From assembly GCA_963713605.1 (NCBI GenBank), contig CAVQMO010000010.1, forward strand, positions 320,001 to 384,000: 64,000 nucleotides of DNA. Reading direction: 5' to 3'. Source of the stretch: an uncultured Nitrososphaerales archaeon (GTDB taxonomy: Archaea; Thermoproteota; Nitrososphaeria; Nitrososphaerales; Nitrososphaeraceae). A program made the translations under genes and the position numbers. Positions 55,587-64,000 of the stretch are shown piece after piece (the stretch's first letter is position 1; the number at the start of each line of letters is the position of its first letter). Below the pieces are notes generated by a model. That model was not told where the DNA came from and made no database searches. It was given only the letters and a program-made list of their open reading frames with translations.

Positions 55587-56529
55587 ATGAAGGTAGGCAT
55601 AACTCTGCCGCAAGTAGGAGAAATGGCAACAAGAGAAAATGTAATTGGATTAGCAAAGGCTGCTGATAGAGAAGAAGGAATTGACTCTTTATGGGTCTTA
55701 GATAGACTTTTGTGGCCCATGAAGCCGCAGACACCATACAGGGGAACTCAAGATGGGACTCTCCCAGTAAGTGCCCAGAATGTATTTGATCCAATAGAGC
55801 TGCTTACGTTTGCTGCTGCAAATACGGAGAAAATTACATTAGGGTCTTCTGTTATTGATATGCTATTCCAAAACCCTGTAATATTGGCAAAAAGATTTGC
55901 AACACTTGATGTTTTGTCTCAAGGGAGGGTTATATGTGGACTTGGTATAGGGTGGTCAAAGGATGAATACCAGTGTTGCAATATTCCATTTAAGAACAGA
56001 AGTAAGAGGGCTATTGAGTTTGTCGAAGTCTTAAAAAAGATATGGACAGAAGGTGTAGTCGAATTTAAAGGAGAGTTTTATAATATCCCAGCATCAAAAA
56101 TAGGCCCAAAACCTATGCAAAAACCAACTATCCCCATCTACCTCGGAGGTTGGAGTTCAAAAATGTTCTCAAGGTTAGTAAAAAGTGATGTCAATGGTTG
56201 GCTGGCATCGATGGGAGTTGGAATAGCATCTTTAGATTATTTACAGAATAATATCAAAATGTTAAAAGATGAGACTAGGAGAACAAATAAAAACAAAGAC
56301 AACTTTGAAGTTCTGGTTTTAACTTATCCCCAAACAGACTTTAAACCTTATAACACTGGCAAAAGGATCCCATTGACTGGAAATATTGATCAAATAGGAG
56401 GGGATATACTGAAGATTAAAGAAATGGGTGTAAGCCATATCATATTCTGTTATCTCTTTTCAGCAGAAAACAGTAATACTCAGGAAATGATCTCTTTGAC
56501 AAAGCAGACTTTCAAAGTTTACAAGATAA
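55587..56529 (+). CDS. Luciferase-like monooxygenase (LLM) class, probable F420-dependent oxidoreductase; extra base near 56508
   Basis: MKVGITLPQ, DSLWVLDRLLWP, FDPIELL, LAKRFATLDVLSQGR, GLGIGWSKDEY, PKPMQKP.IPIYLGG; corrected end KQLSKFTR*. Confidence 0.88.
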
Positions 56530-56803
56530 AAAATAATGGACATTTATCTACACTTGAATTATTGCCTAATATTGCCTGGATATGTTATGACTTAAAGGGT
56601 GAGTGCCGAGGATTAGGAATATTAAGAATAGGGAGCCCACAGCTGATAGATTTGAGTATCCATATTGAAAGATCAATAATTCAGACACAAAAGTATAATG
56701 ATTTATTACATTATAACACTGAGGGCATTAGTTTAGCCGCACTCTCAAATCGTAAGAAATTTGCATTCTTACGATTTCTTATTCTAAATAATGTATTTTA
56801 TGA

Positions 56804-57165
56804 CTATAATATAGTGAGCATAAGTTGATTTATTTTCAAAGGCATATCTAGGTTATCCATCCATCTTAAAGGCAACAGTGTAGTGACAGCAGCAACAGTT
56901 GGCATATAAAAGACCATCTTTGGCATAAGCCAAGAAATAACTTCCTTACGTGTTGAAAGGTTCACGTTTCTAAGTACTGGACTAAGCAAAAGACCATAAA
57001 TATATCAGTCCCAATCCAAAGTATGGCTGTAAAAACATGTACGTAGTTAAGAAGGAGTAGATTAGCACTAAGATTCGCGACGATAAGCGCAACAACTGGA
57101 ATAAAAACCCAAAGGTTAGATCGAATAGATATTTCGGGAGGCTGCTTCTGTAAAGTACCTTCCAT
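56804..57165 (-). pseudogene. Truncated, frameshifted membrane protein
   Basis: NYVHVFTAILWIGTDIFM joined to LSPVLRNVNLSTRKEVISWLMPKMVFYMPTVAAVT, then homology-like pattern stops. Confidence 0.5.
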
Positions 57166-57717
57166 GCCATTACTTTCACCACCGGTTACTATAAAATCAT
57201 TATTATCATATGATGATTACAGTAGTATTTATGTCCATTTTTCAACACTACTTGGATGTGGAAAAAATCAAAGAGTAATCAGAAAGTTTGAGGAAGTATC
57301 TCCACTTATTATTATAGAACTTCGGAGGAGCTTCCACATGTCAAGTTCATCTGAGAGAGAAAATAGACTAAGCAGTCTTGGCAGAAAACTGGGTCAGAGA
57401 GAAGTGAAAATTTCTTCAACAAAGAGATCACCGGCCCATTGTATTATTGCTTTTCAAATAGGATTTTCTAGTTTGTAAATAAGAGACCAACAAACAGAGT
57501 ATGTCACACTTGGACCAGTTTTAACCTGGCGATCATTTTATTCGCGTTCTACTTTCAGATGAGAAAGCTGCCAGCTACCTGAACAGTCATAGTTGTTAGA
57601 TATTATGGATGAGCATAAAAATTATGTCAGAATGGTTCATACACACCTTGTGCCCAACAGTTAGATGGTAGTGTGCTACATGATTTGAACCTACGAATTC
57701 ATTAACAAAGTCCTGAG

Positions 57718-57841
57718 CGTGAAAGTGATCAGATTTATTGGTGATATTGTATATCGTATAGATTTAGAACTAGTTACAGATAGTATTAACAAGCCCAAAC
57801 AACTGTTTTGACTAGGAAGTACTAGCCATAAATAATACAGA
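57718..57841 (+). repeat. 124-bp direct repeat, right copy
   Basis: 119 of 124 identical to 51597..51720. Confidence 0.92.
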
Positions 57842-58001
57842 GAGCAATGATAGATACGTTGGTAGGATAACCTTCATCTCTCACTAGTATTGGTTCTAGT
57901 TAGATAGCAATAGACTCTCGCGCTCAAACATTTTAAAATATCGCTAGTGGTATCCAGTCAATCTACTATTTCGTTGACAAGTAATACGATGTATTCTACA
58001 A

Positions 58002-58091
58002 TATTCTATTTGAATGATGCGGTGTTATGCAACGTTTTTTAGCGTATTATGTTTACCAGTTGTAGTAGATTTGCAATAACAGCAGCAACTA
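58002..58091 (+). repeat. Dispersed repeat copy B (first copy at 42314..42422)
   Basis: Same 21-bp core and downstream blocks as copy A. Confidence 0.75.
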
Positions 58092-58100
58092 GCCGCCAAG

Positions 58101-58265
58101 ACTAATGAGGATATCATTAAGGAATATTTTGATGCAATGCAAACCGAAATCAATCCAAGTGCCAATTATGTAAAAACTAATCGAAATACGTTGAACAAAT
58201 TTTCACAATTCCATAAGAACAAACCCTTTGCAAATATGGGAAGATATCATCTACTACTTGAATAG
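58101..58265 (+). pseudogene. Relic of a tyrosine recombinase/integrase N-terminal domain
   Basis: TNEDIIKEYFDAMQTEINPSANYVKTNRNTLNKFSQFHKNKPF resembles the core-binding domain of Nitrososphaerota integrases (recalled, not searched). Confidence 0.5.
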
Positions 58266-58508
58266 ATGATATCCAGCGCAGCGTAGCAGTCGTTCCAAAA
58301 GGTATTCCTTCTCAGCTAACCGAATCACCCCTCTTAGCACAAGAATGGCCTGTTACTCATTTGTTCTAATTCGATTGAGAATGCGCGAAATGTACGAGAT
58401 GTAACAAAGGTTCTACATCTTAGAGAGAATGTAACTCTAGTAATTATTAAAAATTACGAAAACACAGGCAGCTCGATCAGAGAATTATTATCTCACCTTG
58501 TACTATTA

Positions 58509-58759
58509 TTTTACGTCGCCAAACCCTTCTCCACGATCTGATTTGAATCTCTCTAGTTCGTCCTTCTCGACTTTAAGTGACACTGAATGATGATATCCCT
58601 CTACCATGGGTTTAGGAATTTTATAATTTGTTCGTGCGCCTTAAGTAGAAACTACGACCGAAGTATCATCAACTGCGTCTACATTTCCTACTAGATCTCC
58701 CGCCTTAGATGTTACCATCTTGTGGAGAGCAGCTTCCCAATCATAAATTTCTGGTGCAT
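58509..58759 (-). pseudogene. PRC-barrel-like small protein with internal stop (paralog of 35343..35573)
   Basis: DWEAALHKMVTSKAGDLVGNVDAVDDTSVVVST*GARTNYKIPKPMVEGY; TAA at 58641-58643. Confidence 0.6.
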
Positions 58760-59099
58760 GTATCGATGTAAAACTTATCAGTTTGTAAGGGTCATAATGT
58801 GCTAGACGAAATAGATGTCCGAGTAGAACTAGGAATCTTTCCATTATCGAGGGGGTCGGTATTATTGGAATGAATGTTATCAGCACTAGCGGTAATGCAA
58901 CAGTAACTAACGGAACACAAACAGACCTTCCTCAGGGAACCATTGGTTGATGCATCAAATGAGATTGGAACGCTACGGATAGCGCTTAATTTATCCCAAG
59001 AATATATGAAGATAGCTGTCATGCCCGGTACCGTGCTTCTAGTTCTTTCAGTTCTGAGCGATTGACCTAAAATGGGCCACTCTTGGGCTAGAGTGTCAT

Positions 59100-59394
59100 G
59101 TATACGAAATAGTGTACAGATTTCTGAGTTTTTACAAATCTGTATACAACCATTGTATACAACCCCTTTTGTATACCGTCGTTCAGTAGACTTCACGCTC
59201 AACATACTGAACGACCTAAATTGAACGGCATAATTTAGAACACTGTTCAATAGCTTGCCTTAGGGGGATTCGTTCAAGTCGTCCAAGTCGTTCAACTAGG
59301 ATTCAACCAAGTTATATACTAGGAATTTCTTAGGCATAGGCTGTATGTCGTCATCAATTTTGCCCCCTAAGACTATATTCAATATAGTTTAGGG
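59100..59394. repeat. Tract dense in inverted and tandem repeats
   Basis: 4x GTATAC, four stem-loops, 3 x 9-bp tandem CGTYCAAST. Confidence 0.7.
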
Positions 59395-59683
59395 CTAAAT
59401 GTTTATGGAGTTACGGCATTTTCATTCGATGTATTTAATTGATTGTTTAGAATTTCGAATATAACTGATTATAAAGGTGTTAAGTAGGCCAGATCGAACA
59501 ATATTAACTTTGACTAACGAGAGTCCCCCCCTTTGATGACACCGACTTATCGATATCTCATTAAATTAGTCGTCTGGACATGTTTCTTATTCTTATTCTT
59601 ATTCCCGTTACTATAATCCTAATCTCATCTGAAATCGCTATAGTTTAAAATCATAAATAATGCCTAAGCCATATACACCATAA

Positions 59684-59938
59684 GTGAATGATATGTCTGA
59701 AAGGATAGCAAAAGACCGTGACATAGAATTAGAAAACATTATCGGAAACTTGATGATCGCTGAATATCAAGTCGATAAACTCCAATCTAGATTGAGCGAG
59801 AGGGTAGGGGGTTTAGGATCAGGGAGCAACAAGAAATCCTCTTCATTTGTGTTTAAGAAAAATGATAAATGGTATAGAGTCACTCTTTCCGTTGAGGAGA
59901 TGACTAACATAGATATTATTGATGATGATATGGCATAA
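59684..59938 (+). CDS. Hypothetical protein
   Basis: 84-aa ORF; ATAAATA about 30 nt upstream. Confidence 0.55.
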   Translation: MNDMSERIAKDRDIELENIIGNLMIAEYQVDKLQSRLSERVGGLGSGSNKKSSSFVFKKNDKWYRVTLSVEEMTNIDIIDDDMA

Positions 59939-60054
59939 GTTACTTACTTCACTAATGCGTCAAACCGTGTCGGATATGATGTTAATTAATATATCTCTTT
60001 ACCATTATACATCTATAATACCAAATTAGGTTAAGTAGGATTTGCCGCTGAATC

Positions 60055-60752
60055 TTAAACTAATATTCTAGTCCCTATTTTAGTACCCTGATTTAATAAC
60101 TCTGATAATGTTAGTAACGCTAGCTCGTAATATCACAGTAGGGATTCTTGAGCGTTCTATGATCTTTAAAGCAACCATATCCATCAGATCGTTACTTCCC
60201 TGCCATTGAGCTATTTTTACCTAATACCTCTATGCATTTATCAACGGTAATCCTCTTGAACGCCTTTGCATTTCGATTAATATTTGGATCAGAGTCATAG
60301 ATCCCACTGACATCTGTCGCGTTTACGAATACCTGAGCTTTAACCTTTTCAGCGACCAATGCAGAAGTTGCGTTAGTACTCTGACCAGGATGTAATCCTC
60401 CTAAAATCACCGGTTTTCCTGTCTCAGCTGCAATTGAGACTTCTTCGAGATTTGTGGGTACCTTTGGATAGACACAGCTATGTACTGAATTAAGCAGTAA
60501 TTTGGCATTAAGTCTAGAAACCTCTATACCCAGTAAATCCAGACTTGCTTCGTCACTTCCAAGTTCTCGTGCAAGATCGATATAATGCCGAGCAATATTT
60601 CCTCCTCCTGCAATAACTACCGGTTGTACATGTTTGCTCAATTCAGTTATCATCATTCCGTATTCCCTAATGGATTTCGACTTTGCACTACTACCAAAAA
60701 TGCTACCACTAAGTTTAATGACTACCCTTTTTTTCCTGAACAGTTTACTCAT
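60055..60752 (-). CDS. pyrH: Archaeal UMP kinase, frameshifts near 60195 and 60090
   Basis: VVIKLSGS, VIAGGG.IAR, GGLHPGQSTN, NATDVSGIYDSDP; shifted tail DLMDMVALKIIERSRIP...KIGTRI. Confidence 0.92.
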
Positions 60753-60775
60753 TGATCCTCTGACTTTTTGATCCC

Positions 60776-62011
60776 TCAACTTGGGTCTCCGAGCACCTTA
60801 TGGATAGTTGAAGTCACTGCATTTCTGCTCTCAGCGGTTGTGTATATCCTCAACATATCCAGAAATCCTGTGATTGAATTGATGACAGGAATTTCTGAGA
60901 CAGGGGTATCGTATGCCCGTTCATTGTCTACTAGAATAATGGAATTAATTTCTTCTTTTGAGGGAGTAAGTGGCATTGAAGGTGCTCTAGATGCGTCCAC
61001 GAAAACAGTATTCTCATGGACTCCTGCAACATCGCATATACGAAGTCTTAACTCTTCAAGTGTCGAGAGGCTCATCTTGTTGTACAACCTGTCTCGCTTA
61101 TGTAAAAATTTTTCATAGACACATTTTAGTAACCGTCTATCTCGGTAGTCACTAGCTAACTTTGCTACATTTTCATCCTTGTCAAATGAACAAATTTGTT
61201 CAAGAGTAATCTCATCAGTTAGTTTGAGGAATTTGTCAAGTGAAATCTTTGTGATTTGTAAGTAGTTATCTGCTTGTGCTAACGAATGAAGCAACATTAC
61301 CTCAGCTGATTTAACTGTCTTGTGGAAATAGACTGCTTTGAACATTTCGTATCTAGATATAAGCATTGATTCAAATGAATAAAGTGCAGACTTATTAATT
61401 GCCAAATGTCCTGTTGCCACCACTTCAAAGGAGGCTATTAGCCTGTGGTAGTCAATCTTGCCGTATTCAGCTCCGGTAAATAGACTATCCCGTGGCAAGT
61501 AATCCATGATATCAGCGGATAAGCTGCCGGCAATTATTTCATTTAAGAAACTTGATTTAGACTCACCAAATGATAGCCTGCATATATCCAAAGGAGTAAA
61601 CCCATGCCCTCTTAAAACGTCTCCAATTTCACTTTCGAGTATCACTTTTTTCCCCATATCTTCATGTGTCATCCTGTATTTACTCTCCAAAACCTCTTCG
61701 AAAAGATGAGAAAAGGGTCCATGGCCAACATCATGTAGTAGAGCAGCTAACCTCAATTGTTGTATATTGTCTTCATTATCGATGAAGCCCTTTCTCAGAA
61801 GGCTCTCTCCAGCGTACCCCGCAACGTGCATCGTACCTAATGAATGTTCAAATCGAGAATGCTGTGCACTGGGATAGACAAGGTGAGCTCCGGCAAGTTG
61901 TCTAATCCTTCGCAACCTCTGAAAAACAGAGGTATCGATAAGGTCTCGCTCGATTGCAGTGAAGCTGATATATCTATGAACTGGGTCAGTAATTTCGCCA
62001 ATAAACTTCAT
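60776..62011 (-). CDS. HD-domain phosphohydrolase (SAMHD1/dNTPase-like)
   Basis: DPVH, FQRLRRIRQL, HSRFEHSLG, LLHDVGHGPFSHLFE, ADIMDYL.RD. Confidence 0.92.
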   Translation of the reverse strand: MKFIGEITDPVHRYISFTAIERDLIDTSVFQRLRRIRQLAGAHLVYPSAQHSRFEHSLGTMHVAGYAGESLLRKGFIDNEDNIQQLRLAALLHDVGHGPFSHLFEEVLESKYRMTHEDMGKKVILESEIGDVLRGHGFTPLDICRLSFGESKSSFLNEIIAGSLSADIMDYLPRDSLFTGAEYGKIDYHRLIASFEVVATGHLAINKSALYSFESMLISRYEMFKAVYFHKTVKSAEVMLLHSLAQADNYLQITKISLDKFLKLTDEITLEQICSFDKDENVAKLASDYRDRRLLKCVYEKFLHKRDRLYNKMSLSTLEELRLRICDVAGVHENTVFVDASRAPSMPLTPSKEEINSIILVDNERAYDTPVSEIPVINSITGFLDMLRIYTTAESRNAVTSTIHKVLGDPS

Positions 62012-62124
62012 GGAGCGTACCTCATAATCGGGGATTGTTCTTTAATAGATTATCTGCAGAAATTCGCCGTCTTGCAATAATAGTTAAATGACATTCTTTC
62101 TATTATCTGGACGCTTTTTGAGCC

Positions 62125-62604
62125 TTATGCATTTGTCATCCTTGTAACTTCTTTAAGCAGATCATAGTTGTCAATTGGCTTTTTGAGAATGTTACAACCG
62201 GGGAATTTACTTAAGGCCAGATCAAATACCATCTCTCCCGCAGTTATAAAGCATACTTTGACCTTGCTATCGATTTTTCGAAGCTTGTTGCACAACGCCA
62301 GCCCATCCATCTTTGGCATTCTAATATCAATCAGGAGAAGATCGTACAAACCTGGTTTGAAATTATCCAGTGCTGCGAATGGATCATTAAAAACATCTAC
62401 TGAAAATTGATCCTCGAGGACAATCCTCAAAGTAACGTTAACATCGTCCTCGTCGTCTACAACCATTATTCTCTTTCTCATCTGATGGTCGCTTGTCATT
62501 GCTGCTGCATGGTATTGTACGCCACCGCTGAAACTTTCCTCATTACGTTGCCGCTGTGTAAACGAAAACGATGATGTCGATGTCATTTCGGGGGCAGGTA
62601 TCAA
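62125..62604 (-). CDS. Response regulator receiver
   Basis: IMVVDDE, IDIRMPKMDG, FITA, KKP; start uncertain. Confidence 0.88.
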   Translation of the reverse strand: MIPAPEMTSTSSFSFTQRQRNEESFSGGVQYHAAAMTSDHQMRKRIMVVDDEDDVNVTLRIVLEDQFSVDVFNDPFAALDNFKPGLYDLLLIDIRMPKMDGLALCNKLRKIDSKVKVCFITAGEMVFDLALSKFPGCNILKKPIDNYDLLKEVTRMTNA

Positions 62605-62819
62605 TTAATTATCGTTGTAATAGATAAGTATTACCTGCCAATTGGAATGGAATATCTGTAATACCTGATAACAATAACACACAACTTTAATGTGGAGGCA
62701 TTTACAGGTTTTTGATCTCGCGAATTGGGTTCATTAACCATTTCTAGTCTTTTCATGCTAAGGTAGCATATGACAATTTAGTATCACCAAATGAAGGACC
62801 CGTAGTGAGGTAGAGCAAT

Positions 62820-63077
62820 CTACCAATGCGGATTATAACGCTCGAGGTAATTTAGGCCCTCTTTAGTTATAATAAGCTCATTCACGAAATTTCGTTCTAC
62901 TAGACGGATATCACTTAAAACTGCTAACCATGTCTTAACAATCTGTCCATCTCCGATGAATCTTTCTACAATCTGATCTTCATTCTTGCCCTCAGATACA
63001 CACCTAAGTATGTACAACGCAGATTGAAGCTCAGAAAGTCTGTTGACATAGGAATTTCTTTTTATCGTATTCACCAA
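62820..63077 (-). CDS. Small wHTH-like protein
   Basis: ILRCVSEG...WLAVLSDIRLVER...ITKEGLNYL. Confidence 0.6.
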   Translation of the reverse strand: MVNTIKRNSYVNRLSELQSALYILRCVSEGKNEDQIVERFIGDGQIVKTWLAVLSDIRLVERNFVNELIITKEGLNYLERYNPHW

Positions 63078-63212
63078 TCTTATTTCCCTTAGCGATATAA
63101 CACAGGCAGTTGATAGTTATTGCGCTTAGAGCTTAATAGCATTTGAGCAAGTATTTACCGTAAATTTCCAATGGATTAATCTTCTAAAAGCAGAGATATT
63201 TTCTCTATAACT

Positions 63213-63530
63213 ATGTGCTGTAAATCGTTATTAAATTTCAAATCCAAATATGGTGCTGCAGACGATATTCAAAGGACTGTTGAACTTAGTCAAAAAAATA
63301 TAACATTGTTGCTTAAATGGCTATCGTCGGAGAATAAACACACGAAGCTGAACCCGAACCAGAGATCGATCGAGATACAAAAAGTTTTACAAAATATCAA
63401 GAAATATTGTAAAATTAATGATGACAATAGCGATGAACAGCTCTTAGCGTACATTGCAAGGAATACTCCAATTGGTACTCAGGAAACTATCATTTATGGA
63501 TCAAAACAGTTCGAGATAGACGATTTCTAA
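63213..63530 (+). CDS. Hypothetical protein
   Basis: 105-aa ORF; no motif recognised. Confidence 0.45.
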   Translation: MCCKSLLNFKSKYGAADDIQRTVELSQKNITLLLKWLSSENKHTKLNPNQRSIEIQKVLQNIKKYCKINDDNSDEQLLAYIARNTPIGTQETIIYGSKQFEIDDF

Positions 63531-63726
63531 TAATGATGGCAAAAAATATAGTTAGAAAATACTCGCTCTTTCCATCTAACAAGCGAAGATTTAGTGAGTG
63601 AACATCAGGAAGATTCTAGAACACTCGTATAACCTACTATGATGATATCTACTGGACCAAAAATCTGATCATAAATGTAGAAGTTTTTATTTGGATCGAG
63701 AATTCTACCTGAACATGCCCCTCAAG

Positions 63727-63962
63727 CTAGGAAACGGTCCTTATAGTTCCCTTATATTCCTCTAACCCATCAAGAAGCATCTGTTGGACAATCTTGCGCC
63801 CTTCTTCCAAGGTCAATGGCTTTGACTGGGCTTTTGCGTAGCCATCATTGTCACAGATGAATAGCATCATCTCGTTTTCTCTAATCATTGACCCTGCAAG
63901 CATTTCTTCACCTACGGGTTCGAATCCCTTATCGGTCTGTTTGATCGTATAAGTGAGCATAG
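63727..63962 (-). CDS. Small hypothetical protein
   Basis: Likely start MLTYTIKQ; protein-like composition. Confidence 0.6.
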
Positions 63963-64000
63963 CAAAACCAGTATAGTTAAATAACTTCAACTGCGCTTCT

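Noticed and set aside
56530..56828. C-terminal extension of the LLM oxidoreductase
   Set aside because: Arises from one extra base near 56508; the corrected frame stops at 56529 at normal LLM length
58792..59250. 152-aa minus-strand ORF
   Set aside because: No motif, weak start, and it runs through the repeat-rich tract; probably spurious

Overview
Chromosomal window from an AT-rich ammonia-oxidising archaeon (Nitrososphaeraceae-like, judged from archaeal amoC, an ESCRT-III/CdvB paralog, Cdc48, class II RNR and expanded cytoplasmic two-component genes). The core-like part (1-42 kb, 59.6-64 kb) carries thiC, dps, thiolase+DUF35, amoC, nrdJ, cdc48, family-4 UDG, pyrH, an HD hydrolase, transporters and several tiny Zn-finger proteins, some missing from the ORF track. 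An accessory island (about 42.3-59.4 kb) holds histidine kinases and receivers, a cassette bounded by 124-bp direct repeats (two wHTH regulators, a UbiA prenyltransferase, an LLM oxidoreductase), terminase and integrase relics, and a palindrome-dense tract. Many genes, including housekeeping ones, are split by single-base indels, which most likely reflects consensus sequencing error. The best candidate for an undescribed system is a wHTH + ATP-cone + class III RNR-like fusion (16955-19075) that seems to lack both radical-chemistry motifs and lies near nrdJ, so it may be a pseudo-enzyme nucleotide-sensing regulator. Second is a set of three DtxR/MntR-type TTAG-N6-CTAA boxes upstream of a secreted His/Glu-rich protein. 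No rRNA, tRNA or CRISPR array was recognised. All family calls come from motif recognition by eye, not database searches.
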